Source: Trichloromonas sp.
GTDB lineage: Bacteria > Desulfobacterota > Desulfuromonadia > Desulfuromonadales > Trichloromonadaceae
DNA length: 64,000 nucleotides
Reading direction: 5' to 3'
Assembly: GCA_034002365.1 (NCBI GenBank)
Contig: JAVFAR010000003.1
Coordinates: 490-64,489 of the forward strand
Positions 37,341 through 50,137 of the stretch are shown here, in pieces. The notes under the pieces were generated by a model. That model saw nothing but the letters and a program-made list of their open reading frames with translations, was not told the origin of the DNA and searched no databases. The stretch's first letter is position 1, and each line of letters begins with the position of its first letter. The position numbers and the translations under genes were made by a program.

Positions 37341-38696
37341 ATGCCTAAGAATAAACACTGGCAGGACTGCCTGTCTACTCTTGAAAAAAAAATATCCCCA
37401 CAAAATTTTTCGACATGGATCAGACCCATCCGTTTAAAAGATATAACGGGTAATGTGGTCCATCTTGTCGTACCGAACCGATTTATCCGCGACTGGATTA
37501 ATGAAAATTATCAAGAAATTATTGAAGATACCTTAAGTCACTTAATCAACGAAAAGTGTCGAATTAAGTTCGAAATTTCATCGGCCATAACGAAAACAGA
37601 AATTAAACCAAGTTCCGTCGATAGAGTCGATGAAACCATCGAAAAATCTAAGAAAGAAATAAATATAAAAAATTCAGGACTCTATTTAAACGAAAAATAT
37701 ACATTCGAAGACTTCGTACCAGGTTCATCGAATCAATTTGCCTATGCTGCAGCTATGGCTGTAGCAAATAATCCGGCAACAACTTACAACCCTTTATTCA
37801 TATATGGGGGTGTTGGATTAGGAAAAACTCATATTATAAATGCTATAGGAAATGAAATAATTAAGAGAAATGATAATTTAAAGGTTTGCTATTATTCTTC
37901 TGAAAAATTCATGAACGAATTGATTAACTGTCTACGTTATGCAAAAATGGATGAATTTCGGCAAAAATTTCGTTCGATGGATGTTTTGTTGATTGATGAT
38001 GTGCAATTTATTGCCGGAAAAGAAAGAACTCAAGAAGAATTTTTTCATACCTTCAATGCATTATATGAGTCACATAAGCAGATTGTTGTAACATCAGATA
38101 AATTTCCAAAAGATATTCCTGGACTAGAAGAACGCTTAAGATCACGCTTTGAATGGGGTCTTATAGCCGATATTCAACCACCGGATATCGAAACAAAACA
38201 AGCTATTCTCAAAATGAAAGCCGATCAGAACGGAATATATCTTCCGGAAGATGTAACACTATTTTTAGCTAATTCAATAAGTAGCAACGTTAGAGAACTG
38301 GAAGGTTATCTAATCCGTATCGGGGCCTATGCAAGTCTGACTTCAACGCCAATCAACTTGAATATGGCTAAAGAAATACTAAAAAATATTCTCATTGAAA
38401 AAAACAAAGAAATTTCTATCGAAGAAATTCAAAAAAATGTAGCCGCATATTTTTCAGTAAAAGTTTCGGATCTGAAATCTGCAAAGCGCTTGAAAGCATT
38501 AGTAATTCCACGACAAATCGCTATGTACATTTCTCGACAGTTAACATCCTGCTCCTATCCTGAAATCGGAGATAAATTTGGTGGCAAGGATCATTCAACG
38601 ATTATCCACGCCATCAAAAAAATTGAAAGACAAATGGAAGAGGATTATCAATTGAAGATAACCGTCGAAAATCTTAAAAATTCCCTAACAAACTAA
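37341..38696 (+). CDS. dnaA: Chromosomal replication initiator
   Basis: YNPLFIYGGVGLGKTH, LIDDVQF, QEEFFHTFN, RLRSRFEWG, DHSTIIHA. Confidence 0.99.
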   Translation: MPKNKHWQDCLSTLEKKISPQNFSTWIRPIRLKDITGNVVHLVVPNRFIRDWINENYQEIIEDTLSHLINEKCRIKFEISSAITKTEIKPSSVDRVDETIEKSKKEINIKNSGLYLNEKYTFEDFVPGSSNQFAYAAAMAVANNPATTYNPLFIYGGVGLGKTHIINAIGNEIIKRNDNLKVCYYSSEKFMNELINCLRYAKMDEFRQKFRSMDVLLIDDVQFIAGKERTQEEFFHTFNALYESHKQIVVTSDKFPKDIPGLEERLRSRFEWGLIADIQPPDIETKQAILKMKADQNGIYLPEDVTLFLANSISSNVRELEGYLIRIGAYASLTSTPINLNMAKEILKNILIEKNKEISIEEIQKNVAAYFSVKVSDLKSAKRLKALVIPRQIAMYISRQLTSCSYPEIGDKFGGKDHSTIIHAIKKIERQMEEDYQLKITVENLKNSLTN

Positions 38697-38925
38697 AAAT
38701 TATGCTGGTGGGTAACCCGTTTAAAATACTGTGGATAAATGAAAAACTTTAAGTTATCAACAAATATAGAAAAAATAAAAGGATAAAAAAATTTTTGAAT
38801 AAACAGGCTAACTAGCCGTATTTAAGACATTAATTATGATTATCAAGAAATCCACAGGCATCTATTACTAAGTACTATAAGAACATTAAAAATAAAATAA
38901 TAGTTGCCTGTGAACAGGAGTCGTT
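38697..38925. other. oriC unwinding region (DnaA boxes plus DnaA-trios)
   Basis: Perfect box TGTGGATAA (38730-38738), TTATCAACA (38754) and TTATCAAGA-AATCCACA-GGC-ATCTATTACTAAGTACTA (38840-38877). Confidence 0.85.
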
Positions 38926-40047
38926 ATGGAATTCAGTATAGAAAAAGAAACATTTTTTAAGGGATTATCAAGAGTTCAGGGAATCGTAGAAAAAAGAAAC
39001 ACAATTCCAATTCTTTCAAACGTATTAATAGAATCAAATTCAGAAGGAATTTTCATAACTGCTACCGATCTAGAAGTAGGCATGAAAGCTTTCTATCCTG
39101 CGCATATAATAAAGCCTGGAAAAATCACAATATCGGCAAAAAAACTTTATGAAATAACAAAAGAGTTTCCGGATAAAGAAATAGTATTTAAAGCAAAAGA
39201 AAATAGCTGGATTGAAATTAAATGCTGCAAATCTATATTTAACATTGTAGGTTTAGCTGCAGATGAATTTCCGTATTTTCCAGAACCGGAAAACGATAGA
39301 TTTATTTCTATAAGTAGTGATTCCATAAAAGAGATGATAGACAAAACATATTTTTCTATATCAACAGATGAAACAAAATATAATTTAAATGGTATTTTTT
39401 TTAAATCTGAAGAATCAAACGGTGATAATAGAACACTTTCATTGATTGCTACTGATGGTCATAGATTGTCTATGATAAAAAAACCTATTATAAATCACCA
39501 GATAAAAGAACTTGAAAAAGGCGTAATTTTTCCAAAAAAAGGAATATATGAACTTAAAAAAATAACTGAAGAAGATCAAAATGAAATTCAACTTGGTTTC
39601 ATGGATAATAATGCTGTTATTAAAAAAAATAAGACATTCATCATCATGAGGTTAGTCGATGGTGAATTTCCTGATTATAAACGAGTCGTCCCTCAAAATA
39701 ACGATCTTGTCATAACAATTAATAAAGATTTATTTTATCATTCATTGAAAAGAATTTCCATACTTTCAAATGAAAAATCCAAAGGTATAAAAATTACAAT
39801 TAAAGAAAATCTGTTGGAACTTTCGTCTTCAAATCCGGAATTTGGAGAAGCAAGAGAAGAATTGGATATCGAATATCAAGGTCCGGAAATAACTATCGGT
39901 TATAATGCTCGTTATATAATGGACGTATTACAAAATCAGCATTCTGATAAAATACAAATTTTTATCAAAGATCATCTATCTCCCGGGTTAATAAAATCTT
40001 TTGACGATGATGATTATTTAGCTGTAATTATGCCTATGCGGCTTTAA
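38926..40047 (+). CDS. dnaN: DNA polymerase III beta clamp
   Basis: IPILSNVLI, ATDLEV, ATDGHRL, GEFPDY, IMPMRL. Confidence 0.98.
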   Translation: MEFSIEKETFFKGLSRVQGIVEKRNTIPILSNVLIESNSEGIFITATDLEVGMKAFYPAHIIKPGKITISAKKLYEITKEFPDKEIVFKAKENSWIEIKCCKSIFNIVGLAADEFPYFPEPENDRFISISSDSIKEMIDKTYFSISTDETKYNLNGIFFKSEESNGDNRTLSLIATDGHRLSMIKKPIINHQIKELEKGVIFPKKGIYELKKITEEDQNEIQLGFMDNNAVIKKNKTFIIMRLVDGEFPDYKRVVPQNNDLVITINKDLFYHSLKRISILSNEKSKGIKITIKENLLELSSSNPEFGEAREELDIEYQGPEITIGYNARYIMDVLQNQHSDKIQIFIKDHLSPGLIKSFDDDDYLAVIMPMRL

Positions 40048-40053
40048 AGCTAT

Positions 40054-41148
40054 ATGCTGCTTGAACACATAATACTTACTAACTTCAGAAACATTTCAAG
40101 ATTGGATTGGTCACCTGATTCTCGATTAAATATTTTTATTGGTAATAATGCTCAGGGAAAAACGAGCATTATTGAATCTATCTATTTGGCCGGATATTTG
40201 AAAAGTTTCCGATCTACAAAGAATGAGCATCTTATTAAACAAGGGCATAAAACAGCTTTAATAGATTTAAAAATTTCCAGCCTTGGTATAAGAAAAGAAA
40301 TTAAAATAATTTTTGATAAAGAAAGCAAAGATGTTCTGATCAATAATAAAAAACCTGATTCATATCAGGATTTTTTTTCAGGACTTGCTCCAATATTATT
40401 CGCCCCGGAAGAAATACAGCTGATTAGAGGAACACCGTCAGGGCGGAGAACACTCATTGACCGAGCCGTATTCCAAGGAAATACTCAATTTATTCGAGCC
40501 GCTATTGATTATAATCGCTGTCTTCGACAGCGTAATAAGCTTCTTAAAGAAGATCGGCCTTCTGATGAAATATTTCCCTGGACTCAGGGTTTAATAAAAA
40601 CGGGTGCGCGTATAAGAGCTGAACGTATTCGTTATCTTGATAAAATTTCTCCTTTTTTTAAAGAAGTTTATGAAAAAATTACTGCTGATCTTGAAACAGC
40701 GGAACTTGGTTATCTTATCGATAGTTCCGACGAATCCTTTTTGACGAAACAATTATCTGAAGAATTTATGAGGACGGCAGAAAGAGAAAGACAGTTGAAA
40801 CAAACGCTAGCCGGCCCGCATCGCGATGATCCTGTCTTTACTATAGATGGTAAGTCATTACGCCAATATGCTTCACAGGGGCAGCAACGTTCATTCGTCC
40901 TTGCGTTCAAAATTTCACAGATCCTTGAATTAGAAGAAAGGACAGGAGTAACTCCTGTCCTGTTGCTTGATGATTTGACCAGTGAACTCGATCAGCAAAG
41001 GCAAAAATTTTTTTTCGATTTCATTCAAAAACGGAGCGGGCAGGTTTTTATTACAACAACGGATATCGATCCTTTGATTAGGAGAGGATTGACGGACGGT
41101 ACTTTTTACGCGGTCGAGGGTGGCGCGATCCATCCCGTGGCGCACTAA
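40054..41148 (+). CDS. recF: DNA replication and repair protein RecF
   Basis: GNNAQGKT, GPHRDD, SQGQQR, LLLDD..SELD. Confidence 0.97.
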   Translation: MLLEHIILTNFRNISRLDWSPDSRLNIFIGNNAQGKTSIIESIYLAGYLKSFRSTKNEHLIKQGHKTALIDLKISSLGIRKEIKIIFDKESKDVLINNKKPDSYQDFFSGLAPILFAPEEIQLIRGTPSGRRTLIDRAVFQGNTQFIRAAIDYNRCLRQRNKLLKEDRPSDEIFPWTQGLIKTGARIRAERIRYLDKISPFFKEVYEKITADLETAELGYLIDSSDESFLTKQLSEEFMRTAERERQLKQTLAGPHRDDPVFTIDGKSLRQYASQGQQRSFVLAFKISQILELEERTGVTPVLLLDDLTSELDQQRQKFFFDFIQKRSGQVFITTTDIDPLIRRGLTDGTFYAVEGGAIHPVAH

Positions 41149-43548
<2,400 letters not shown>

Positions 43549-43614
43549 GTACCCGGCCCGAGACCGCCGATGCGGTATCAGCCTTAAGGCGGCCGGGCTT
43601 TCGGAGGAACATCC

Positions 43615-46125
43615 ATGGATTCGCAGCATAATCAGAACAAAATGCCGGTCAACATCGAAGACGAAATGCGTAAATCCTATATGGATTACGCCATGAGCGT
43701 CATCGTTGGCCGTGCCCTTCCCGATGTGCGTGACGGCCTCAAACCGGTGCATCGCCGGGTACTCTTCGCCATGAGCGAACTGAGCAACGACTGGAACAAG
43801 CCCTACAAAAAATCGGCCCGCGTCGTCGGTGACGTCATCGGTAAATACCATCCTCACGGCGATAGCGCCGTTTACGACACCATCGTGCGCATGGCCCAGA
43901 GCTTCTCCATGCGGCATCCGCTGGTGGACGGTCAGGGGAACTTCGGGTCCATCGACGGCGACTCGGCGGCGGCCATGCGGTACACCGAGGTGCGCATGGA
44001 CCGGCTGGCCCATGAGCTGCTGGCCGATATCGACAAGGAAACCGTCGATTTCGGCCCCAACTACGACGACTCGCTGCAGGAACCGCTGGTTCTTCCCTGT
44101 AAGTTTCCCAATCTGCTGGTCAACGGCTCGGAAGGGATCGCCGTCGGCATGGCGACGAAAATCCCGCCCCATAACCTGGGGGAGGTGATCGATGCGTTGG
44201 TGGCCGTCATCGACAATCCGGCCCTGGATTTCGATGACTTGTTGCGCCTGGTTCCCGGTCCCGATTTTCCTACCGGAGGCTTCATTCTCGGTCGTGACGG
44301 TATCCGCGAGGCCTACGCGACTGGCCGGGGGATCATTCAGACCCGTGCCCGCGCTTTGGTGGAGAAGGATCGCCGTACCGGCAGAGAGAGCATCATCGTC
44401 AGCGAGATCCCCTATCAGGTCAATAAGGCCAAGCTCATCGAGAAGATCGCGGAACTGGTCAAAGAGAAGAGGATTGAAGGGATCTCCGATCTGCGCGACG
44501 AGTCGGACCGCGACGGCATGCGTATCGCCATCGAGCTGAAAAAAGATTCAATCCCCGAGGTTATCCTCAACCAGCTGTACAAGATGACGCAGATGCAGTC
44601 TTCCTTCGGCATCATCATGCTCGCCATCGTTTCCGGGCAGCCGCGCATTCTTGCCCTGCGCGAGGTGCTGGACCGTTTCATCGAGCACCGTAAGGAGATC
44701 ATCACCCGCCGCTGTATCTTCGAGCTGAAAAAGGCCGAGGCTCGCGCCCATATTCTCGAAGGGCTCAAGATCGCTCTGGAAAATCTCGACGAGGTGATCC
44801 AGATCATCAAGAGCAGCTCCAGTCCGGCCGAAGCCAAGGAGCGCCTGATGACGCGCTTTGGTTTTTCCGCCTTGCAGGCCCAGGCGATTCTCGATATGCG
44901 TCTGCACCGCCTCACCGGTCTGGAGCGGGACAAGATCATCGCCGAGTACAACGAAATTCTCGCCCTGATTCAGCGCCTCAAGGAAATCCTTGCCAGCGAG
45001 GTCGAGATTCTCGCCATCATCAAGCAGGAACTGGCCGAGATCAAAGAACGCTTCGCCAATCCCCGGCGCACCGAGATCATCGCCAAGAGCGGCGACCTTT
45101 CTCTCGAGGACCTGATCGTCGAGGAAGACATGGTCGTCACCGTATCCCATACGGGCTATATCAAACGCAACGCCGTCTCCCTCTACCGCGCCCAACGCCG
45201 GGGCGGGAAGGGGAAGACCGGAATGCGCCCCAAGGAAGAGGATTTCGTCGAGCATCTTTTCATTGCTTCGACCCATGCCTTCATCCTGGTCTTCACCGAT
45301 CTGGGCAAGGTCTACTGGCTCAAGGTCCACGAAATCCCCCAGGGAGGTCGGGCCACCCGCGGCAAGGCCATCGTCAATCTTCTGCAGCTTTCCAGCGAGG
45401 AAAAGGTCACCTCGATCCTGCCGGTCAAGGAGTTCGTCGAGGACAAATACATTGTCACCGCCACCCGTAACGGCGTGGTCAAGAAGACCGAGTTGATGGC
45501 CTACTCCAACCCGCGGGCCGGCGGCATTATTGCTCTGACCATCGACGAGGGGGATCGTCTGGTCTCAACCCGTCTCACCGACGGCACCATGGACATTCTC
45601 CTGGCCAGCAGCCACGGCAAGTTGATCCGCTTCCCGGAAAAGGACGTGCGTTCCATGGGCCGTACGTCCCGAGGGGTGCGGGGGATGATGCTTGAAGATG
45701 GGGACAGCATCATCGGCATGGAGGTGGTCACCGACGCCACTGCCGCGACACTCGTCACGGTGACGGAAAACGGCTACGGCAAACGCACCGATCTCGACGA
45801 GTACCGGGTGCAGAGCCGTGGGGGCAAGGGGATCATCACCATCAAGACAACCGAGCGCAACGGCCAGGTGGTCGACATCAAGCTGGTCAATGACGAGTCG
45901 GATCTCATGTTCATCACCGACCGGGGTAAGGTGCTGCGCACCGGCGTTTCCATGTTGTCGGTTATCGGCCGTAATACCCAAGGGGTGCGGTTGATGGTTC
46001 TGGAAAGTGGCGAAAGGATTGTTGCCGTTGCCCGCCTGGCCGAGAAGGATGAGGAAAATGGAGATTCGGAAGCTGAAGAAGAAGCTTTTGAAGGAGGAAC
46101 TGAGGCACCGGAGGAAGAATTCTAA
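43615..46125 (+). CDS. gyrA: DNA gyrase subunit A
   Basis: [22 protein letters not shown], GyrA-box QRRGGKG, acidic tail. Confidence 0.99.
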   Translation: MDSQHNQNKMPVNIEDEMRKSYMDYAMSVIVGRALPDVRDGLKPVHRRVLFAMSELSNDWNKPYKKSARVVGDVIGKYHPHGDSAVYDTIVRMAQSFSMRHPLVDGQGNFGSIDGDSAAAMRYTEVRMDRLAHELLADIDKETVDFGPNYDDSLQEPLVLPCKFPNLLVNGSEGIAVGMATKIPPHNLGEVIDALVAVIDNPALDFDDLLRLVPGPDFPTGGFILGRDGIREAYATGRGIIQTRARALVEKDRRTGRESIIVSEIPYQVNKAKLIEKIAELVKEKRIEGISDLRDESDRDGMRIAIELKKDSIPEVILNQLYKMTQMQSSFGIIMLAIVSGQPRILALREVLDRFIEHRKEIITRRCIFELKKAEARAHILEGLKIALENLDEVIQIIKSSSSPAEAKERLMTRFGFSALQAQAILDMRLHRLTGLERDKIIAEYNEILALIQRLKEILASEVEILAIIKQELAEIKERFANPRRTEIIAKSGDLSLEDLIVEEDMVVTVSHTGYIKRNAVSLYRAQRRGGKGKTGMRPKEEDFVEHLFIASTHAFILVFTDLGKVYWLKVHEIPQGGRATRGKAIVNLLQLSSEEKVTSILPVKEFVEDKYIVTATRNGVVKKTELMAYSNPRAGGIIALTIDEGDRLVSTRLTDGTMDILLASSHGKLIRFPEKDVRSMGRTSRGVRGMMLEDGDSIIGMEVVTDATAATLVTVTENGYGKRTDLDEYRVQSRGGKGIITIKTTERNGQVVDIKLVNDESDLMFITDRGKVLRTGVSMLSVIGRNTQGVRLMVLESGERIVAVARLAEKDEENGDSEAEEEAFEGGTEAPEEEF

Positions 46126-46939
46126 AGCCTACCGGCTGCTGTGCCGGGCGATTCCGGCGCTGCTGATCCTGCTGCTGGCGGGGGGAGCCTGGGAACTCTA
46201 TCGGCGGGAAGGCCGAGATCTGAAATACTACGCCCGGGCCGAAGCGCAACAACAGGCGGGACGTTACCAGGAGGCGGCGCGCCTCTATAAAAAACTCCAG
46301 CGCCGGCACCCCGACTCGCCGAAGGCGGATGAAGCGCTTTATCGGCTGGGCCAGATCCGGCAGTTCCAGCTCAAGAATTATCCGGAAGCGGTTCTCGCCT
46401 ACCTGTCGCTGGAAAAGGATTACCCCCATTCCCCGCTGGCGGGGGAAGCCCTGCGGCAGGTGGCGGATCTTTACAAAAACCAGTTGCTCGACTATCCCCG
46501 GGCGATTGTGATCTATCAGAAGCTTCTCGATCGAGGGACGGCGGAAGCCGACGCCGTCCAATATCAGATTGCCGACTGCTACTTTCGCCTCACCAACTTC
46601 GAGCAGGCCCGGATCGAATTCGAAAACCTGCTGAAAAATCATCCGGAGAGTTCGTTGAGCGCCGAAGTGCATTATCGTCTGGCGGTCAACCTGGCCCTGC
46701 AAGGGGAGGGGAAAAAAGCCATAGCGCTCTTTACCCAAGTGGAAAAAGATTGGCCGGAAAGCCCCTATGCCGTCGAGGCGCGGTTCGGGCGGGCCGGGGT
46801 CCTGGAGGACCGGGACGATCTCGGCGGGGCACTGAAATTGCTGGAGGGGCTGCGCGGCAGCTACCCCAACGGCGAAATCCTCGAACAGCGGATTTCCCAG
46901 GTGCAGACCAGAATCAAGAAAAAGACCCAGGGATTGTAA
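46058..46939 (+). CDS. Membrane-anchored tetratricopeptide-repeat protein
   Basis: Basic N-terminus, one TM helix and repeated TPR motifs (Y..A...Y...P.S..A..AL). The start overlaps the 3' end of gyrA. Confidence 0.8.
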   Translation: MEIRKLKKKLLKEELRHRRKNSKAYRLLCRAIPALLILLLAGGAWELYRREGRDLKYYARAEAQQQAGRYQEAARLYKKLQRRHPDSPKADEALYRLGQIRQFQLKNYPEAVLAYLSLEKDYPHSPLAGEALRQVADLYKNQLLDYPRAIVIYQKLLDRGTAEADAVQYQIADCYFRLTNFEQARIEFENLLKNHPESSLSAEVHYRLAVNLALQGEGKKAIALFTQVEKDWPESPYAVEARFGRAGVLEDRDDLGGALKLLEGLRGSYPNGEILEQRISQVQTRIKKKTQGL

Positions 46940-46944
46940 GATTT

Positions 46945-47946
46945 ATGGATATCGCGGTCATTGGTGCAGGGAGCTGGGGGACGACCCTGGCCAATCTGTT
47001 GGCGAAAAAGGGGCATCAGGTCACTCTCTGGATCTATGAGCAGGATCTCGCCGCACGCATAGTTTCCAGCCGGGAAAACGACCTCTATCTCCCCGGTTTT
47101 TCCCTCTCCCCCCAGCTCGATTTCACCGCCGATCTGCAAGCGGCGGTGCGCGGGCGCCAAATGATCCTCCTTGTCCCCCCCTCTCAGGTCATGCGTCAGG
47201 TCGTCTCCGGGATTGCCGGCGAAATTGGCGAGGAGACGCTGCTCGTTTCCGCCTCCAAGGGGATTGAGAACGACACCTTGCAGACCATGGCGGAGGTTAT
47301 CGGCGACTGCCTGGGCCCCAAGAGCCGAAAGCGCCTGACCTTTCTGTCCGGCCCCTCTTTCGCCCGCGAGGTGGCGGCGGAAATGCCCACCGCCGTTGTC
47401 GCCGCTTCCAGTGATGGGCAGGCGGCAGCGACGACCCAGGAGGTCTTCAGCACCCCCTATTTTCGCGTCTACACCAACGACGACGTGATGGGGGTGGAAC
47501 TGGGCGGGGCGTTGAAAAACGTCATTGCCCTGGCCGCGGGAGTTTCCGACGGCCTCGGCTTCGGTTATAATACCCGAGCGGCCCTGATCACCCGGGGGCT
47601 GGCGGAAATGAACCGCATGGGCCTCGCTCTGGGCGCCAACCCGGCAACCTTCGCCGGCCTGGCGGGAATGGGCGATCTGGTGCTGACCTGCACCGGCGAC
47701 CTCTCCCGCAACCGCACCGTCGGTATGGAACTGGGGCGGGGAAGCACCCTGGCGGAGATTCTCGCCGGGATGAGGATGGTCGCCGAGGGGGTGAAAACCA
47801 CGCTCTCCGCCTATCAGCTGGCCTGCCGTCTCGGCGTCGATATGCCGATTACCGAACAGATGTACCGGATCCTCTACGAAAATAAGGATCCCCGCCAAGC
47901 CGTCACCGACCTGATGCTGCGCGGCCTCAAGGCCGAAGCGGCCTGA
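46945..47946 (+). CDS. gpsA: NAD(P)H-dependent glycerol-3-phosphate dehydrogenase
   Basis: GAGSWGT, SKGIE, SGPSFA, GALKNVIA, GDLVLTC...SRN. Confidence 0.97.
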   Translation: MDIAVIGAGSWGTTLANLLAKKGHQVTLWIYEQDLAARIVSSRENDLYLPGFSLSPQLDFTADLQAAVRGRQMILLVPPSQVMRQVVSGIAGEIGEETLLVSASKGIENDTLQTMAEVIGDCLGPKSRKRLTFLSGPSFAREVAAEMPTAVVAASSDGQAAATTQEVFSTPYFRVYTNDDVMGVELGGALKNVIALAAGVSDGLGFGYNTRAALITRGLAEMNRMGLALGANPATFAGLAGMGDLVLTCTGDLSRNRTVGMELGRGSTLAEILAGMRMVAEGVKTTLSAYQLACRLGVDMPITEQMYRILYENKDPRQAVTDLMLRGLKAEAA

Positions 47947-47971
47947 ACCGACCACCACGGAGGATTTCCCC

Positions 47972-48544
47972 ATGATTCAGCGTTTCATCGGCGTCTGCCT
48001 GTTTTTTCTGCTTTTTTCCACGACCGCCTTGGCCGGGGAGTTTGCCCTGATCCGGACCAGCCTCGGCGACATCAAGGTGGAACTGAACCGGGAAAAAGCG
48101 CCGCTGTCGGTGGCGAACTTTGTCGCCTACGCCGAGCAGGGGTTCTACCAAGATACCATTTTTCATCGGGTCATCAAGGACTTCATGGTCCAGGGCGGGG
48201 GCTTCACCGCCGGCATGAAGCGCAAGGAGACCCTTCCCCCGATCAAAAATGAAGCCGCCAACGGCTTGAAAAACCTGCGCGGCACCATCGCCATGGCTCG
48301 CACCAATGTCATCGACAGCGCCACCAGCCAATTTTTCATCAACCACAAAGACAACGATTTTCTCGATCACAAAGGCGTGTCGCCGGCGACTTACGGCTAT
48401 GCCGTCTTCGGTCAGGTCGTCCAGGGGATGGAAGTGGTCGACGCCATCGCCGCGAAAAAGACCGGCGGCAATGGTATGTTCAAGGATATGCCGGTCGAGC
48501 CGGTGATCATTCGCGACGTGCAGGTACTGCAAGAGGGGCAGTAG
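47972..48544 (+). CDS. ppiA: Periplasmic cyclophilin-type PPIase
   Basis: Signal peptide, FHRVIKDFMVQGGG, AMART, SATSQFFIN, GYAVFG. Confidence 0.92.
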   Translation: MIQRFIGVCLFFLLFSTTALAGEFALIRTSLGDIKVELNREKAPLSVANFVAYAEQGFYQDTIFHRVIKDFMVQGGGFTAGMKRKETLPPIKNEAANGLKNLRGTIAMARTNVIDSATSQFFINHKDNDFLDHKGVSPATYGYAVFGQVVQGMEVVDAIAAKKTGGNGMFKDMPVEPVIIRDVQVLQEGQ

Positions 48545-48614
48545 CCTATCGGCCGAGGATCTGAAAGCTGCTGCCGACGGGAAGAAAACCGTCGGCCCCC
48601 CGGGGGAGCGAAAC

Positions 48615-49349
48615 GTGACCACCATCCGCATCATGACATACTGTGTAGGGGAGTGTCGGGGCGCGGACGGCCGGGTCGATCCCGAGCGGGTTGTCGCGGT
48701 GGTCAAGGAAGCGGCACCGGATGTCCTGGCGGTGCAGGATCTCGCCACCACGACACTCCCCGATCAGCTTGACTATCTCGCTCGCCGGCTCGGGATGCGC
48801 GCCTATAGCGCCCCCCAGGCGCCCGGCTGCGGTTGGCTCGCCTACGCTCCGCTCAAAGGGGTTCAGGGCTACGATCTGGGGGAGGGCGGTTGCCTGCTTC
48901 GTGCCGATCTCGATGTCGACGGGAAACGTCTGCATCTGCTCAACCTGCGCCTGACCGCGGAACGCTCCGCGCGACAACGGCAGATCGCCACTCTGGTCGG
49001 TCCAGATCTCCTCGGTGACCGCTCTCTGACCTGTGCCACGTTGCTCCTCGGCGATTTTGCCGACACCTTCTGGGGCGCCGGCAACCTCGCCCTCAACCTC
49101 CATCTGAAAAAGGCCGTCCGCTCCTTCTGGCGCGGCACCTACCCCGCCTCCCTGCCGCTGATCGACCGTGATCGTGCCTATTACCGCGGTCATCTGCACA
49201 TCATCGACAGCCACATACCGAGAAACACCGCCGCTCGCCAGGCCTGTCGTCACCTGCCGCTGATCGTCACCGTCGAGGTCACCGACCCGCGCACCTTCCT
49301 GCGGGCGGAAAAACTCAAACGGAGCCGGATGGAAGTGGCCCCGGGCTGA
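48615..49349 (+). CDS. Endonuclease/exonuclease/phosphatase-family protein (degenerate motifs)
   Basis: IRIMTY, PDVLAVQD, LLGDF, RHLPL. Several canonical catalytic residues look substituted. Confidence 0.7.
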   Translation: MTTIRIMTYCVGECRGADGRVDPERVVAVVKEAAPDVLAVQDLATTTLPDQLDYLARRLGMRAYSAPQAPGCGWLAYAPLKGVQGYDLGEGGCLLRADLDVDGKRLHLLNLRLTAERSARQRQIATLVGPDLLGDRSLTCATLLLGDFADTFWGAGNLALNLHLKKAVRSFWRGTYPASLPLIDRDRAYYRGHLHIIDSHIPRNTAARQACRHLPLIVTVEVTDPRTFLRAEKLKRSRMEVAPG

Positions 49350-49354
49350 AAAGG

Positions 49355-49386
49355 TTATGCACACTTGTGGATAAGGGTGTTGAAAA
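49355..49386. promoter_or_regulatory. DnaA-box triplet upstream of nth
   Basis: TTATGCACA-ct-TGTGGATAA-ggg-TGTTGAAAA. Confidence 0.7.
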
Positions 49387-49402
49387 GAACCCGAAAAGGG
49401 GG

Positions 49403-50041
49403 ATGAGCCGGCGCCGGGCCCTGATTCTGCTGGAGCGTCTCGAAGGACTCTATCCCGATGCCCGTTGCGCCTTGTTCTATCGCAATCCCCTGGAGCTGCT
49501 TATCGCCACCATTCTTTCGGCGCAGTGTACCGATGTCCGCGTCAACCAGGTCACGCCCGCCCTCTTTGCCCGCTATCCCGATGCCCAGGCCCTGGCCGCC
49601 GGCGATCCCGCCGAACTCGAAGATCTTATCCGTTCCACCGGATTTTTCCGGAACAAGGCGAAAAACATTATCGGTTGCGCCCAAGCGCTGGTTTTTCACC
49701 ACGGCGGAGAGGTGCCGCGGCGGATGGAAGATCTGGTCGCCCTCCCCGGGGTCGGGCGCAAGACCGCCAACGTCGTTCTGGGTAACGTCTTCGCGACCCC
49801 CGGCATGGTTGTCGATACCCACGTCAAGCGATTGGCCGGGCGCTTCGGCTGGACCCGGGAAAGTGACCCGGTGCGCATCGAGAGGGATCTCTGCCGACTT
49901 CTTCCCAAGGAGCGCTGGACCCAAACCAGCCATGTCCTCATCCTCCACGGCCGAGCCCTGTGCAAGGCGCCCATTCCCCATTGCAGTCTCTGTCCGGTGC
50001 TTGACCTCTGTCCGCGCCAGGGGATTACCCGTTCCCCCTGA
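49403..50041 (+). CDS. nth: Endonuclease III
   Basis: LSAQCTD, HhH motif LPGVGRKTA, VDTHV, 4Fe-4S motif C-x6-C-x2-C-x5-C. Confidence 0.96.
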   Translation: MSRRRALILLERLEGLYPDARCALFYRNPLELLIATILSAQCTDVRVNQVTPALFARYPDAQALAAGDPAELEDLIRSTGFFRNKAKNIIGCAQALVFHHGGEVPRRMEDLVALPGVGRKTANVVLGNVFATPGMVVDTHVKRLAGRFGWTRESDPVRIERDLCRLLPKERWTQTSHVLILHGRALCKAPIPHCSLCPVLDLCPRQGITRSP

Positions 50042-50054
50042 ACCGTGTTCATTT

Positions 50055-50070
50055 CATTTCACGTGAAACA
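50055..50070. other. Second parS site (two mismatches)
   Basis: CATTTCACGTGAAACA, intergenic. Confidence 0.7.
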
Positions 50071-50071
50071 A

Positions 50072-50103
50072 AACGGCCCATGCGTGCTAGCGCATGGGCC
50101 GTT
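50072..50103. terminator. Hairpin between convergent genes
   Basis: AACGGCCCATGCG-tgctag-CGCATGGGCCGTT. Confidence 0.7.
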
Positions 50104-50137
50104 GATCATTGGTAGAAGGGGATGCTCCTTTTTGGGA

